Shown in pieces: positions 25,201-36,256 of a stretch of DNA of 64,000 nucleotides. The notes under the pieces are model-generated. The model ran no database searches, was not told where the DNA came from, and worked only from the letters and a program-made list of their open reading frames with translations. Source of the stretch: Euglena gracilis (lineage: Eukaryota); contig CP154954.1 in the NCBI GenBank assembly GCA_039621445.1, positions 9,488,634 to 9,552,633 of the forward strand, read 5' to 3'. Positions within the stretch are counted from its first letter, which is position 1, and each line of letters begins with the position of its first letter. The position numbers and the translations under genes were made by a program.

Positions 25201-27555
25201 GCTTTTCAATCATTTCATTGAGAGCTATCTCTCTTTCTCCTGAACAACGGAAAAATTTCCGATGCATTGGCTTTGCGCCTTCCTTAAGCTCAATCTTACA
25301 AACACCGAAAGGTCCTTGAATAGCGGGATCTATATCGCAAGCGTAAACGGGATTTTCCAGAACACCAGAAAATTCGCGACTGATGCGCTTACAAAATTCT
25401 GCTCAACTGGGGTGATGTCCTGCACTTTCAATGACAGCGGAAACCTGTTTATGGGTCATATCAACTATAGGGGGGGGGGCAGAACGGTGATGCCTATCGG
25501 CATTATGGTCAAAAGACGTATCGGCTCCCACATGGTCGGTATGATCCAACACACTAACATTCAGGGGTGGAGATTGAGACACATTGAAAGAATCAAAGAA
25601 ACAAACACGGAAAATGATTTCTTGGAAATGTGGTAATACCACTCCACGGAAATCCTCGAATAGAGGAACATCGTTTGGTAGGTCCAACCAATAAAATGTG
25701 ATATAAGTCAAATTCTGAAACCATTCCGCTTCGGGATTCACAGGAACAAGTAATGCGCCTCGCGCTTGATCTTGGAAAATCTTATTTACAACAAGCGGGA
25801 TAAGTTTTAGGGGTGGATGCATCCATAGGATAGTGTCTCCCCAAAAATTATCAAAAGCGTTAGAATGTTGCGACCAATGTCGCGGTAGTCGCGAATGCGC
25901 GTTGGAAGAGAATGCATCAATTTCTAAGGTCAAATCAAAGGAATCTGCCATATCGGCGATTTTTGAAAACCAATGTTTCAAGATTCGATATTGACCAAAC
26001 TGAAAAGCATTCCAGGTATCCTTGGTATACTTGGAGATCTGCTCAACATCCTGAAGGGGGGGAACACGCTGTAACACAGAACAACAGAATTGTGAATCAT
26101 CCACACACATGTCCATAGGACTCAATCCAGGGGGGGGGGGGTTGGGCATATACCCAGTCATCGGTGATGCGCGATAGCGCGGAACGCGCGATATGCGCGG
26201 GATTCGGACTATGTGCGGCAAGCACGATATTCGCGGGGGTGTTGGATAGCGCCATAGGCGCATGGGGAGCGCTATTCGCAAATCCTAAAAGGGAGGCTAT
26301 GCCTTTGCACTGTAGTGCTTGATTCACATTCGCGAATTGCGAAAAACTTCCAATTGTAAGTGTGGGATGTGAACAACTACTAAGTGTATGGTTGGGTGTA
26401 TCACCCATTGTACCAAGGCTACGTACGTTTTGGTTATCTATTAAATCCATACCGGTTGTACCATTACCAAGTACATAAGTACTATTACCAGGTGTAGGTG
26501 GAGAAAAATTCCCGGTTGCGGAATCTAATCGGATTAGTTTGGAAGATTCAACTAGACATCAACAATCAAAATCATGGTAAGCGGAGATTCTCCGACAGTG
26601 AGCGCATTGGTAGGAGGGTTGGTGCATGTGGTGCGCGTTTGTGTGGGTGTCACTGCATAAGTTGGTGTCGGTTGGGGTAGCTGCTGGGAGGTGTACAGGG
26701 GTGTCCGAAATCGACACACCTGGTGGAAAACGAAAAAGTTGGGCAGCTGGGCGGCTACTCGACACCGTAATTACTTCAGGCCTTTGGGCTTTCGCCTGGG
26801 AACCCAGCGAAACGAGCGGGGTTAAGCTACTGGCTTTCCCTACCGCATGGGAAACGAGCGGTAAAAGTGCTGTGTGTAGGGGGGCAACTTTCTGTTTACC
26901 CCTAGGGTAGGAAACGGTGTTTTCGGATGTGGAAAACGTTGTGGAAATGCGGGGGGACGTCCTGGGTGACGTCACGGGGAACAAGTTTGGGGGTTCGGTG
27001 TGTGTGCAGGGGGTAGTGCGCAAACCGTGCGAAGGACAATCCACCACCATTCGGTGTTGCCGTAGGAATGGAAAACCCAATATGACATCTGACCCGGCGA
27101 TATTCGCCTCGAATGCCCAAGTACCCAGAAAATTTTGTAATTGTGGGGGGTGTGTGTGGTGCTTCGGGATAATGGGGAGGACTATGTCCAAAATGCATCC
27201 CAAGTCACCACCGCACATGGGGCTGTTGTCTGCAGTCATAATTTTGATGGGATTCTTGGCATGAACCAAGAGGGGGGTGGGTATAATTCCTTTGCGGAAA
27301 AGAAGGGGGATTCGACACCCTGTTTCGACTAAAATCTTGGCTTGAGCACAAAAATTTCGAGTTTTAATTTTCGCTTGTACCAAAAGTTCCAGGGGGGTAC
27401 GCAAAGCGAAGGGTCGGGTGTAAAATCGTTATCGCGCCAACTATTCCATAACTCTTTGCTTACTTTGCTCAATATTCCAAGCAAAAATTTGGCGCGGGGA
27501 GTGGGGGACCGAAAACTTTCTGGGTACCGACTAAAAAGACCGATGGGCAGGGGTA
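22259..27555 (-). pseudogene. pol: Element A pol (protease, Dam-like, RT, RNase H, integrase, chromodomain) with frameshifts and stops
   Basis: ILVETGC (degenerate protease), [38 protein letters not shown] in successive broken ORFs. Confidence 0.93.
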
Positions 27556-27559
27556 CCGA

Positions 27560-29090
27560 CCATCATGCGCATAGCGGGTATGCAACTTAGCCAATGAGGC
27601 TTCAATATTACCAACATCCTGTTGTAACTGTTTGTGCAAATCGGACACGGTGGCCTTAAGTCCGCTAATATCCGGTGTTGGTGCACGGGTTGCCGCATTG
27701 CGGTTCTGCAAATCCGCGATTGCGGTCCGGATTTCCATTGTGTCGTTTTGCCACTGTTGTTGCAAATTGTCAATCCTACTCGCGACATTCGCGATTTGGG
27801 GTTGAAAACTCGCAATTTCAGCGGGAATTTCGCCTAATGGCGAGATTTCTGCTCCAATCGAGAAAGTCTTTCCTCCAAATGTTGCACATACGTGCGGGGG
27901 GCAAAACTTTGATTGGCTTGGGTAGAAAAGCGGGCAAAATTCGCGGAATCACCGCTCAATTAGAAAATGCGCTGTTGCGCTTCCTGAAATGCGGTTGAAA
28001 GTGTGGAGAACTGCTCCAATGTAATAAATTGTCCCAAATCGGGATTTTTTGATGGGGGGTTCATGCAACTTTTGCTGCAATTGTGGAAAAATTGCCGTAA
28101 TTGGCTCCAATTGATGGGACAAAGCTTGCAATCTATGTTGCATGTTGGAGAAAATCGCATCATTGCGGGATTGTGTTTCACACATGGCTTCACTCACTTT
28201 TTGGAAATGTTGTGGCAAATGTGCCTGCAAATGTGTGTCCAAACTTTGACGCAAAGTTGCTAGGTCCACATTGGTGGATTGAAAATTTGTTTAGCAATAT
28301 TCACCAACATCACGCACATAACTCCAAAGGTAATCGAGCTTGTGTTCTACAACCTTTTGGTTGTTTTCATCAAAATCCAAAACCTTGTTAAGTGTCATAG
28401 CGCAATCCGCTACACAAGTGTGGACATGGGAGATTTGCCGCGTTAGCGGGTAGTCCACTGGAAGATTTGCGACTATGCGTTGAATCACCGTAATGGGATG
28501 AGAAGAAATATTTTCCAACTCTTCCACATCACTGCTCATAGACTCTGTAGGACTTGTATAAGCAGGAACTGTCAAACGCATCTCCGGGTGCCATGGCAAT
28601 GCCGGAAAAGAACCCGTATCCGGTGGTGCGGGCAATTGTCCAATCGGACTTGTGGGGTGAAGCGTAGGGGGGGGGCTGAAAGAAACATGGTGTTTCTAAC
28701 GCACCTTCAACAAAAAGTTGCCGTGGCGTATCCGTCTCAGAGTCAAATGTGCCTATCGGCACCAGTGCGAGATCTCGCCGGGGGGAATGGGTGTTAGCCG
28801 ATCGGCTTTCCAACAAAAGGGGTTGTGCCTGTTGGGCATGGGGTTTGCTCTATAGAGCTTGACACCGATAGGTGTGGGGGTTCCCGTCGGGCGGGGGGAG
28901 GATTACTCGACACAGACACCGATAGGTGTGACACACGCGGGGAAGGAGGATGACCTGCCAAATGAGTCAATGCTTGTGTACCCCTATGGGGTTGAGGATG
29001 CTCATTAGAGCTAGTCAATGATGCCGCAGGTTCAAGTCCTCGAAGTGAACCAATCAATGCAGCGTAGTCAATGGGAGTTGTGCTGTGCAT
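27560..29090 (-). pseudogene. gag: Element A gag, N-terminal half only
   Basis: LETPCFFQPPP, PALPW.PE.RL, LNKVLDFDE.NQK match element B gag; joins directly to the pol start. Confidence 0.85.
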
Positions 29091-29340
29091 TTTTGAAGCA
29101 AAAACACAAAAAACAAGTGTAAATTGCGGTGTAAAATGCAGAAACAAGTACAAAAAAAAGGGAAAGTATTAAAGTAAGCAGAGACCCGAACTCTGAGGTT
29201 TGAAGCAGCGTATACTGCGAACCGTCAGAGGACGTGTCCGTGCGTACAGCTTTGGCCGGAAACGGCTTGTAGTGCCTGTGGTCGCCTATAGGCGGGGCAC
29301 CACACGACCGTTTGCGGTCAAAAGGACCGAAAAATCTAAA

Positions 29341-29349
29341 CTGCTACCA
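29341..29349 (-). promoter_or_regulatory. Primer-binding site of element A (tRNAiMet-like)
   Basis: Minus strand GACGTACA-CT-TGGTAGCAG, identical to the element B LTR/PBS junction. Confidence 0.75.
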
Positions 29350-29351
29350 AG

Positions 29352-29662
29352 TGTACGTCCAACCTTTCCTCGCTTTCGCCCTTTGGTGCGCAAAAGGTAA
29401 AAGTTGGAGTAACAGAAAAAAATATAAAAAAATAATATAAAAGTTGAAAAGCCCTTTTCCCCAATTAAGAGGCAGAGCACAAGGCAGGTGAGAAGCCCTA
29501 TGGGCTACGACAAAGAAAAGTGCCAAGTGACTTGGCTGTCCTTTCAGGACTTCAAATGAAAACAAATCAAACTTGAAAATCAAGTCTTGAATGAAATACC
29601 AGAATGGAATAAAATAGAAAATACCACCAAGAACCAGAATAAGGATTGGGTATTCCTAATTC
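29352..29662 (-). repeat. 5' LTR of element A, outer end missing
   Basis: Shares ATTAGGA, GGTGGTATT, GGGAAAAGGG, GGCGAAAGCGA blocks and the GTACA terminus with the element B LTR. Confidence 0.7.
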
Positions 29663-29668
29663 AGGCCG

Positions 29669-31606
29669 TTGGCCATCTGTAGGCCAACGCCAATACAGTG
29701 CTGCTCTTGTAAGGAGTGGCATTGGCCTTGGTTTTGCTCGTCCGTACTACCATCCCGGGCAACAGTTCCGCCTCGTCCGGCGCCGACTCGGTGCGCCTTC
29801 CGCTTCCCCACCTCCGCTCAGGAACGCTGGCTGCCACCCTTTTCCTCCCTAACTGCCGTTCTGCGCTCTGGCAGAGGTTTCGCCCTGCTCTCCTGCGGCG
29901 ACATCGAGAGTAATCCGGGGCCCAACACCAATCGGGACTCCGCCAAAAAGACACGCCAGAATAGGGAGTCACAAGCCTCCACACCCTCTATACCCCACAC
30001 CGGTCTGTCTCAAGAAATGGCGTTGGCCTCCCTGTCCCCCGCACCATCCTCCCCAGCAGCAACGACGCTGCATCCCGGCCTGCCGTCCGACCTTGGTCCG
30101 GGGTTTTCCTTTGCCTCCCATGACACCTGCCCCTTTGCAGATTGCCCACGCTCGCGGACAACCATGACTCGCTCTCAGGTCCTATCTCACGTCTCTCAAC
30201 ACGTCGCCGCCGGACGATCACCCACCCCCGAATTTCTGCGAGCTACTGCGACCACGACTTGCGCCGTCTGTCGGACCTTGCTACGGGCAAGAGAACGTTG
30301 CCAATGCCCCCACCAGGGTGCCTTGGCCGTCCACGCTTCTCCACACCCCTCCGTCCCACTCCCCTCTTCACCGCACCAACCCGTCGGGAATGGCACTCCC
30401 ATGTCTCTCCCGTGCCCAGATATGCAGCCCGAGCTGCAGGTGGTTCTCTCCACCAACTGCCCCACTCTTCGCCGTTTCCCAGTATCAAGTCGTCACGCCA
30501 TTTGTGACGCCCTTGCATCCTCCATTCAGACCTTTCTCCAAGCCCAAACCTGGGAAGCTCTACACCGCCTGTTCATTTTTCCGAAACTCGTTCTTGGTGC
30601 CCCTCCCAAAACCTCGTCTTCCCATCAACACACATTGCATTGCCTCCTGGAAAAGAGACTGGCACAGTGGCACGCAGGAGAGTTTGCCGCTTTGTTTGAT
30701 CCGCTTCGCTCTGACAGACGGCGAAAGCGGCCCACCACCCGCGCCAACCCCTCTGGCTCTACTTCTGATTCTGTGGCACGTGGTCTTATGGACCAGGTGC
30801 GCGGACTCGTTGAAGAAGGGGCCCTCGGCAAGGCCGTGGACGCTCTCACCTCTTTGCCCCTGGCATCGCCTGGGGATCCAGCAGTGATGCAGAAGCTCCT
30901 TTCGCTCCATCCACACGGGTAGCCAGTTTGCCGCTGCCTGGGGAAGGCAATACGCCACAAACTAATGACTTCATCTGGTCTTCAATTGTGCAAGAAGCTG
31001 CAGCCTCTTTCCCGCGTGGTAGCGCCCCTGGCCCATCTGGTCTCCGTCCTCAACACCTTCGGGACTTGTTGGACCGTGAGGCCGGGACAGGCCCGCTGCA
31101 CACAGCCTTGGGGTCCCTGGCTCAGAAGGCCTGGGAGGGCTCTCTGCCAGCAAAAGCCTCGATCATCTTTGGTACGTCAAACCTGATCCCACTTACCAAA
31201 AAGGATGGCGGTCTACGGCCGATCGCCGTGGGGGATTGCCTGCGGCGCTTCATTGGGAAAATGCTTGTTGCGACACCCGCAGTGCAAAGCGGAAACGTCT
31301 CAGCTGTTCCCGCAGCAATTGGGAGTGGGGGTGCGCTACGGAGCGGAGACAGTCGGGTTGGCGGTACAGGCCGCACTGGCGTCTCTGCCAGTGGATGGCG
31401 ATTGGGTGGTTTTCCAGGCCGACGTTTCCAACGCCTTCAACACCATTGATCGATCCGCGTTCCTGCAGGCATCCCTGGACCTCTGCCCGTCCCTTTATAA
31501 CTGGCTCCGATTCTCCTACGGAGAAGACGTCCCACTTTTGTGCCAGGGTGACGTGCTGTGTCACAGCAGGACCGGTGTCCATCAAGGGGACACATGTGGG
31601 CCCATT
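29669..31606 (+). mobile_element. CRE-like non-LTR retrotransposon 1, 5' part (2A peptide, Cys/His motifs, RT N-half); degenerate
   Basis: LLSCGDIESNPGP; CPFADC..H..H; APGPSGLRPQHL, LRPIAVG, GVGVRYGAE, DVSNAFN, GVHQGDTCGP; stop at 30920 and a frameshift near 31290. Confidence 0.85.
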
Positions 31607-31927
31607 TGTGTACCAGGCGTATGCTTCTGTCCCCTTCCGTTGAGGAAGTTAGGATGGAAGCAGATCCTATTAGGATTTCCTAATGGGTGCCCCTTCTCTC
31701 TCCACAGGTGGTATTCTTTTATATTCTTCTTATACCTTTTCCTTCCTTTCCTTGGACCGGACTTGGTTATCCAGTCCGTCCTCCCTGCATTGCTCCGTGC
31801 TTTGCTTCTTGGGAAGTGGGAAAAGGGATTTTCTGTTACTCTGATTTTCAGTTCCCAAGTAGGTGCGCCAAGGCGAAAGCGAAGGCTTTTGGGAATTGGG
31901 AAAGGGGAATTGGGAATCAGACGTACA
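31607..31927 (+). repeat. 5' LTR of element B (~320 bp, TGTAC...GTACA termini)
   Basis: First 138 bp identical to 47918-48055; ends GTACA two bases before TGGTAGCAG. Confidence 0.85.
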
Positions 31928-31929
31928 CT

Positions 31930-32089
31930 TGGTAGCAGATTGGTTACGATCCTATACACACTTCACAAACAGAAAGGCTCCCAGGTTTTACACTTGGTAG
32001 CAGATTAGGTCACGATCCTACACATACAGCCCATACAGAAAGAAACGCTATCAAGTATTACACTTGGTAGCAGATTGGTTCGATCCTAC
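31930..32089 (+). promoter_or_regulatory. Primer-binding site, three tandem tRNAiMet-like copies
   Basis: TGGTAGCAGA...CGATCCTA at 31930, 31995 and 32065; complementary to the ...UCUGCUACCA 3' end and GGAUCG T-arm of many eukaryotic initiator tRNAs. Confidence 0.8.
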
Positions 32090-32278
32090 GCTGACTGGCA
32101 GCGGAGGGCCCCTGCACCGTTATTACACGGTCGCAGCGTCAGCTCCCGGCTTCTAGTCAACGTCTAAGCAGACGAGCAGGCTCCGGAAGGTTCTGTACGG
32201 TATTACCCGTTACAGCCCCTCTGGTGCCAGCACAACTGCTTAGTTTTGTGGGTTTTTGCTGTTTTTGTCATCAGAAAG

Positions 32279-35200
32279 ATGCAAAGCACAGGCCCCAACC
32301 ATCAATTCAATTATGCCTTATTACAGGCATCATTGCAAGACATTGACCAAGAAAATGGGGATTGGAAGCTTTTATGTGAAAGTGCTTCCAGTTCCCACGC
32401 CGATGAGGCACAATTGATTCAATTGTCACAATTACAACACTTGTCATCATTGACAGTGGTCGGCGATGAGCCCTCCACATCCTTGGCTTCAGAGGCTAAT
32501 GCGGCCTCTTCCGCACTCACCTTGCCACAACGGGGGTATTCGCCTCTGTCTGCGGCAACGGTGCAGCTGCGCACACCGGAGAGACCCGTGGTGATTCCGC
32601 CACCGGGCTTTTCTGGTGATGGTGGGTTGGAAACCCCGTGTTTCTTTCAACCACCACCCGCTCTTCCACCGGCAAGCCCTTACAGAGCTTTGCCACCACC
32701 CCCCGATATCGGGTGCTATCCCGCACTACCTTGGAAACCGGAGACTCGCCTCGTGGTGCCGGAATTCTCCGGTACATCCCAACCCATGGATGACTATGGG
32801 AAGGGCACTGGTGAGCTCCTCACTGCTGAGGATGTGCAGGATATTGTTGCTCGGCTTCCAGGGGATCACCCCCTTGTGAGGCAGTTCAACCATGTGCAAC
32901 AATGCGTTGCAGAGTGTGCAACCGCATTGAACAAAGTGCTTCAGTTTGATGAGGACAACCAGAAACATGTCTTCACCAAGCTGGAACACTGCTGGAATTA
33001 CTTGCAGGAAGTTGGCAGATATTGCCAGAGGAATTTCGAAAGTGCGGGTATTGACCTTGCAAACTTTCGGGAAACCTTTGACAGAATATGCCAACAGCTC
33101 CCGCAAAACTTCCGGCAAATTAGTGAATGCATGCATGAAGCGGAAACCCGGAATGACTCCAAGTTTCTGCACTTGCATGACTCACTACAACGGTTATCGG
33201 GACAAATGGAGTCCTGTTCATCCGCGTTGTTACATTTACAACAACAGTTACATGCACGAGATTCCTCGTCTGCAACATCCAGCAGTGGTGGATTTGTGTC
33301 TATGGACCATTTCACCACATTGTCCGCAGCTTTCCATGAATCGCAACACCGCATTATGCAGTTGTGCGATGAAACGGAAAAGTTTCGGCAATTCCAGTCA
33401 CAAGCCAACGAGAATTTTGCTCCCCACACGTATGTGCGGCAGTTGGAGGAGCGACTTTCCCGTTTGGAGCAGAAAACCTGCTATTGTGACGCGAATCAGG
33501 TTGGATTATCCAATCTGAGCGCGAAAGTCGCGGAAATGGCACAACGGCAGGATTCCCTGCAGTTGCAGTTGCAATCCGACATTGGCGGGATTAACTCGGC
33601 CATTGCGGGTTTGCAACAAAGCTATTCCGCACTTTCCCACCGAGTTCCGGACATTAGCGGTATTCAGACTGCTATTGGGGAACTCCAGACCCGGTATGCA
33701 TCGGTGTCTACCAAAGTAACGGAAATGCAGTCTCTACCGGCAGGTTCCAGTTTTCGGATTACCGAGAACCTTGATTTCAAGGCATTTTATGACAAAATGC
33801 TCACTAACAATCAGGAAACCTTGCAAGATTTATGCAACAGCCTATTACGGCTTGAGGAATCGGTGAATCGGAATGCCCGATCCACGCAAAGTGATATTAC
33901 CAGGTTGGATGAGCGAATTTCCGCGTTGGTGGATAAGCCACAACCCGGAAATTTGCCCGTGGGTACCACAACCGCGTTCTCGGATAACCCTGCACCGGTT
34001 GCACCCACCACCACACCAACCAAGGTGACATCACCTTTGCAGATTCTCTCAAATGCTGTAAAAGCATTAATGGGACAACTCCAATTATTGGATAAGTCTC
34101 ACGGGAAACTTGTCCAAGATGTTACCGGAATTTCCGAAAGGATTCCGCACTTGGATGACTTTTCCCGTTACCGCAAGCGTATTCGCGCTTTGGAGGATGA
34201 AGTTGACCGTATTTGCGGCCAACTCCAACTCGTTGAGCATTTGGAGCAAAGTGTGCATGACTTGTCTGTGGGTTTGGATAATGTGTCCAACCAACAGCGG
34301 GTTTCACACCGCAATTCGGCAGTATGCATTGCCGAAGATGCGCCAAATGTTCCAGAGTCGCGTTTTCATAACCCGGCTCTGGGTGCACATGCACCACCAC
34401 CACCCGTGTCCCGAATGTCACAATCCGCGATTCCGCGAATTGTGCCACCATTGGCCTTGTCCACAACCCAAACCCAGTTTTCGGATGAATTTCCCATTAC
34501 GGGAACCGAATTTTCGGAAAACACGGCGATTCCGCCAAGTCTCCACCAAGAAATCCATCATTCCATGCTTGTGCGTGGAATGAGCCAAACCCGTACACCG
34601 GGAGTGGGTCACATGTTGCATGCGCGACATACCCCCACACCGGAGAGTCTCCCTATTACGGGTGACCAACAGGGTTTGCGACCGGATTTCCGGTACCAGG
34701 ATTCACCTTCACCAGAAATTTCGCGATTCCGACAAGAATCCGGAAAGGATACGCTTGGTGCTCGAGCGTACCCGGCCCCGAATCCACGGAATACCACCGA
34801 GGGCCAACGGGTTTTTCAGAAAGACTTCAAGGGCACCATCGCAATCGCGAATAAGGTGAAACCCCAGTGGGATGGTGATCCAACCACATGGAGACAGTTT
34901 TTCCGGGACTGGGAGTACTATTGGGCATTGAAAGGGCCAACCCAGGACACAAACCCGGAGGTGATCAAGGTGGAATTCATCGATTGCCTCCCAAGGGATG
35001 AAAAGGAGCGCGCGCGACAACTTGTCATTCGCTACCGCGTTTCCTTTGATGACCTGGTGGAGCAATACGCTTCCACCAGTTCAAGTTTGGTCGCTAGGAT
35101 TACCCTGGAGACCAAGTGGCGGCAATGCGCCCCACCCGATTGCAAATGGAAGTCCATTGACCTTTGGTATGCCAAATGGTTAGGACTTGCCGCTGAAGTG

Positions 35201-36256
35201 GATGAACTCAGTGAAAAGCAAATGCGCGAACAGTTTGACGCTGTTCTCATGCATTTCACGCCTAGCCTCATCAAGGATATCCATCGTGAGGAGTTGGCGG
35301 GTAATGCAATGACTCTTGACCAACGCTGGAACTACGTTTCCAAGCAATTGAAGCTATCACAGCTTCTTGGTCAGATTCAATCCGCGTATACCGCACACCC
35401 AACCGCTGGATTACCGGCTGGTTCGGTAAACGCATTGCAAAAATCACCGGTTTCACCTACTTCACCCACCACGGGATCGAAAACGCGATACCCGCGTTCT
35501 TCGAACCAAGCCACGGATAAAGTGTGCTTTTTGTGCAACAAATCGGGACATATGTCTCGGGAATGTCCTAACCCTGAAGCGCGAAAGCGTATTCAGAGTC
35601 CGCGAGGCTCGACCTCATCACGAGGTTCGGGTTCCTCCGCGTTTTCACGCCAATCGGGCAATTCACGGTCATCGGGTCCCCGTTCCGGTGGTATTAGTCC
35701 CCGGATCCCGTTCCGCGATGAGCGGAAACACGGTACCCCTCGGGGTGGGTCACCCGGTGCCCCGGCCAAGAAGCGTGATTCTCATCGCGAGACATCGCGA
35801 TCGCGTTCGCGAAGCGGATCATCTTCTTCGCGATCGTCATCGAGAAAACCCCGATACACCGGTCATGGTCGACGGGATATCCGGTCACCACGACGGTTTG
35901 ACGGGAAATCGGGAAACCGATCCCCCCGTTACCCAGAATCGCGACACAAATCTCGGTGTTCGCTTTGTGGATCGAGTGATCACCACTCATCCAAATGTCC
36001 GCGTTCTCGTTCTCCCCGCCCTGGCCAACGTCATCGCGGTATGAATCGCGGTGACAAGGGTCACTCCTCCAACCGCCATAAAGTCGGTTTCAAGATATCT
36101 TGTTTGGAGGATGACACCCCGGCTTCGGGCAGGGAGGGGGATGAGACCACGGATACCGATTTCGACGAGGCCCGCATGGCGGTGCGCACGTTGAAATCCG
36201 TTTATACCTCTAAAAGGCCCATAGCCGGCTATTCGGCCGGTTCGGACCTGGAGTAG
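32279..36256 (+). CDS. gag: Gag, 1325 aa: long coiled-coil-like N-terminus, capsid-like region, two CCHC zinc knuckles, RS-rich tail
   Basis: Open frame from ATG 32279; WDGDPTTWRQF; CFLCNKSGHMSREC and CSLCGSSDHHSSKC. Confidence 0.92.
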   Translation: MQSTGPNHQFNYALLQASLQDIDQENGDWKLLCESASSSHADEAQLIQLSQLQHLSSLTVVGDEPSTSLASEANAASSALTLPQRGYSPLSAATVQLRTPERPVVIPPPGFSGDGGLETPCFFQPPPALPPASPYRALPPPPDIGCYPALPWKPETRLVVPEFSGTSQPMDDYGKGTGELLTAEDVQDIVARLPGDHPLVRQFNHVQQCVAECATALNKVLQFDEDNQKHVFTKLEHCWNYLQEVGRYCQRNFESAGIDLANFRETFDRICQQLPQNFRQISECMHEAETRNDSKFLHLHDSLQRLSGQMESCSSALLHLQQQLHARDSSSATSSSGGFVSMDHFTTLSAAFHESQHRIMQLCDETEKFRQFQSQANENFAPHTYVRQLEERLSRLEQKTCYCDANQVGLSNLSAKVAEMAQRQDSLQLQLQSDIGGINSAIAGLQQSYSALSHRVPDISGIQTAIGELQTRYASVSTKVTEMQSLPAGSSFRITENLDFKAFYDKMLTNNQETLQDLCNSLLRLEESVNRNARSTQSDITRLDERISALVDKPQPGNLPVGTTTAFSDNPAPVAPTTTPTKVTSPLQILSNAVKALMGQLQLLDKSHGKLVQDVTGISERIPHLDDFSRYRKRIRALEDEVDRICGQLQLVEHLEQSVHDLSVGLDNVSNQQRVSHRNSAVCIAEDAPNVPESRFHNPALGAHAPPPPVSRMSQSAIPRIVPPLALSTTQTQFSDEFPITGTEFSENTAIPPSLHQEIHHSMLVRGMSQTRTPGVGHMLHARHTPTPESLPITGDQQGLRPDFRYQDSPSPEISRFRQESGKDTLGARAYPAPNPRNTTEGQRVFQKDFKGTIAIANKVKPQWDGDPTTWRQFFRDWEYYWALKGPTQDTNPEVIKVEFIDCLPRDEKERARQLVIRYRVSFDDLVEQYASTSSSLVARITLETKWRQCAPPDCKWKSIDLWYAKWLGLAAEVDELSEKQMREQFDAVLMHFTPSLIKDIHREELAGNAMTLDQRWNYVSKQLKLSQLLGQIQSAYTAHPTAGLPAGSVNALQKSPVSPTSPTTGSKTRYPRSSNQATDKVCFLCNKSGHMSRECPNPEARKRIQSPRGSTSSRGSGSSAFSRQSGNSRSSGPRSGGISPRIPFRDERKHGTPRGGSPGAPAKKRDSHRETSRSRSRSGSSSSRSSSRKPRYTGHGRRDIRSPRRFDGKSGNRSPRYPESRHKSRCSLCGSSDHHSSKCPRSRSPRPGQRHRGMNRGDKGHSSNRHKVGFKISCLEDDTPASGREGDETTDTDFDEARMAVRTLKSVYTSKRPIAGYSAGSDLE

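Larger units (their letters stand above)
12830..29662 (-). mobile_element. Element A: decayed Ty3/Gypsy chromovirus related to element B (partial 5' LTR, PBS, gag, pol and third-ORF remnants; 3' LTR not found)
   Basis: Minus-strand ORF fragments are colinear with and highly similar to gag, pol and third ORF of element B; left boundary approximate. Confidence 0.9.

Noticed and set aside
29663-29830. HDV-like ribozyme at the 5' end of CRE-like element 1
   Set aside because: A hairpin (CGTTGGCC/GGCCAACG) and a CCTCGT motif are present but I could not build the P1/P2 pairings
31607-31706. 100-bp LTR bounded by TGTG...CACA with PBS TGGTATT
   Set aside because: Identity with the 3' copy continues past CACA, element A lacks CACA there, and a better GTACA plus TGGTAGCAG junction is conserved at 31927
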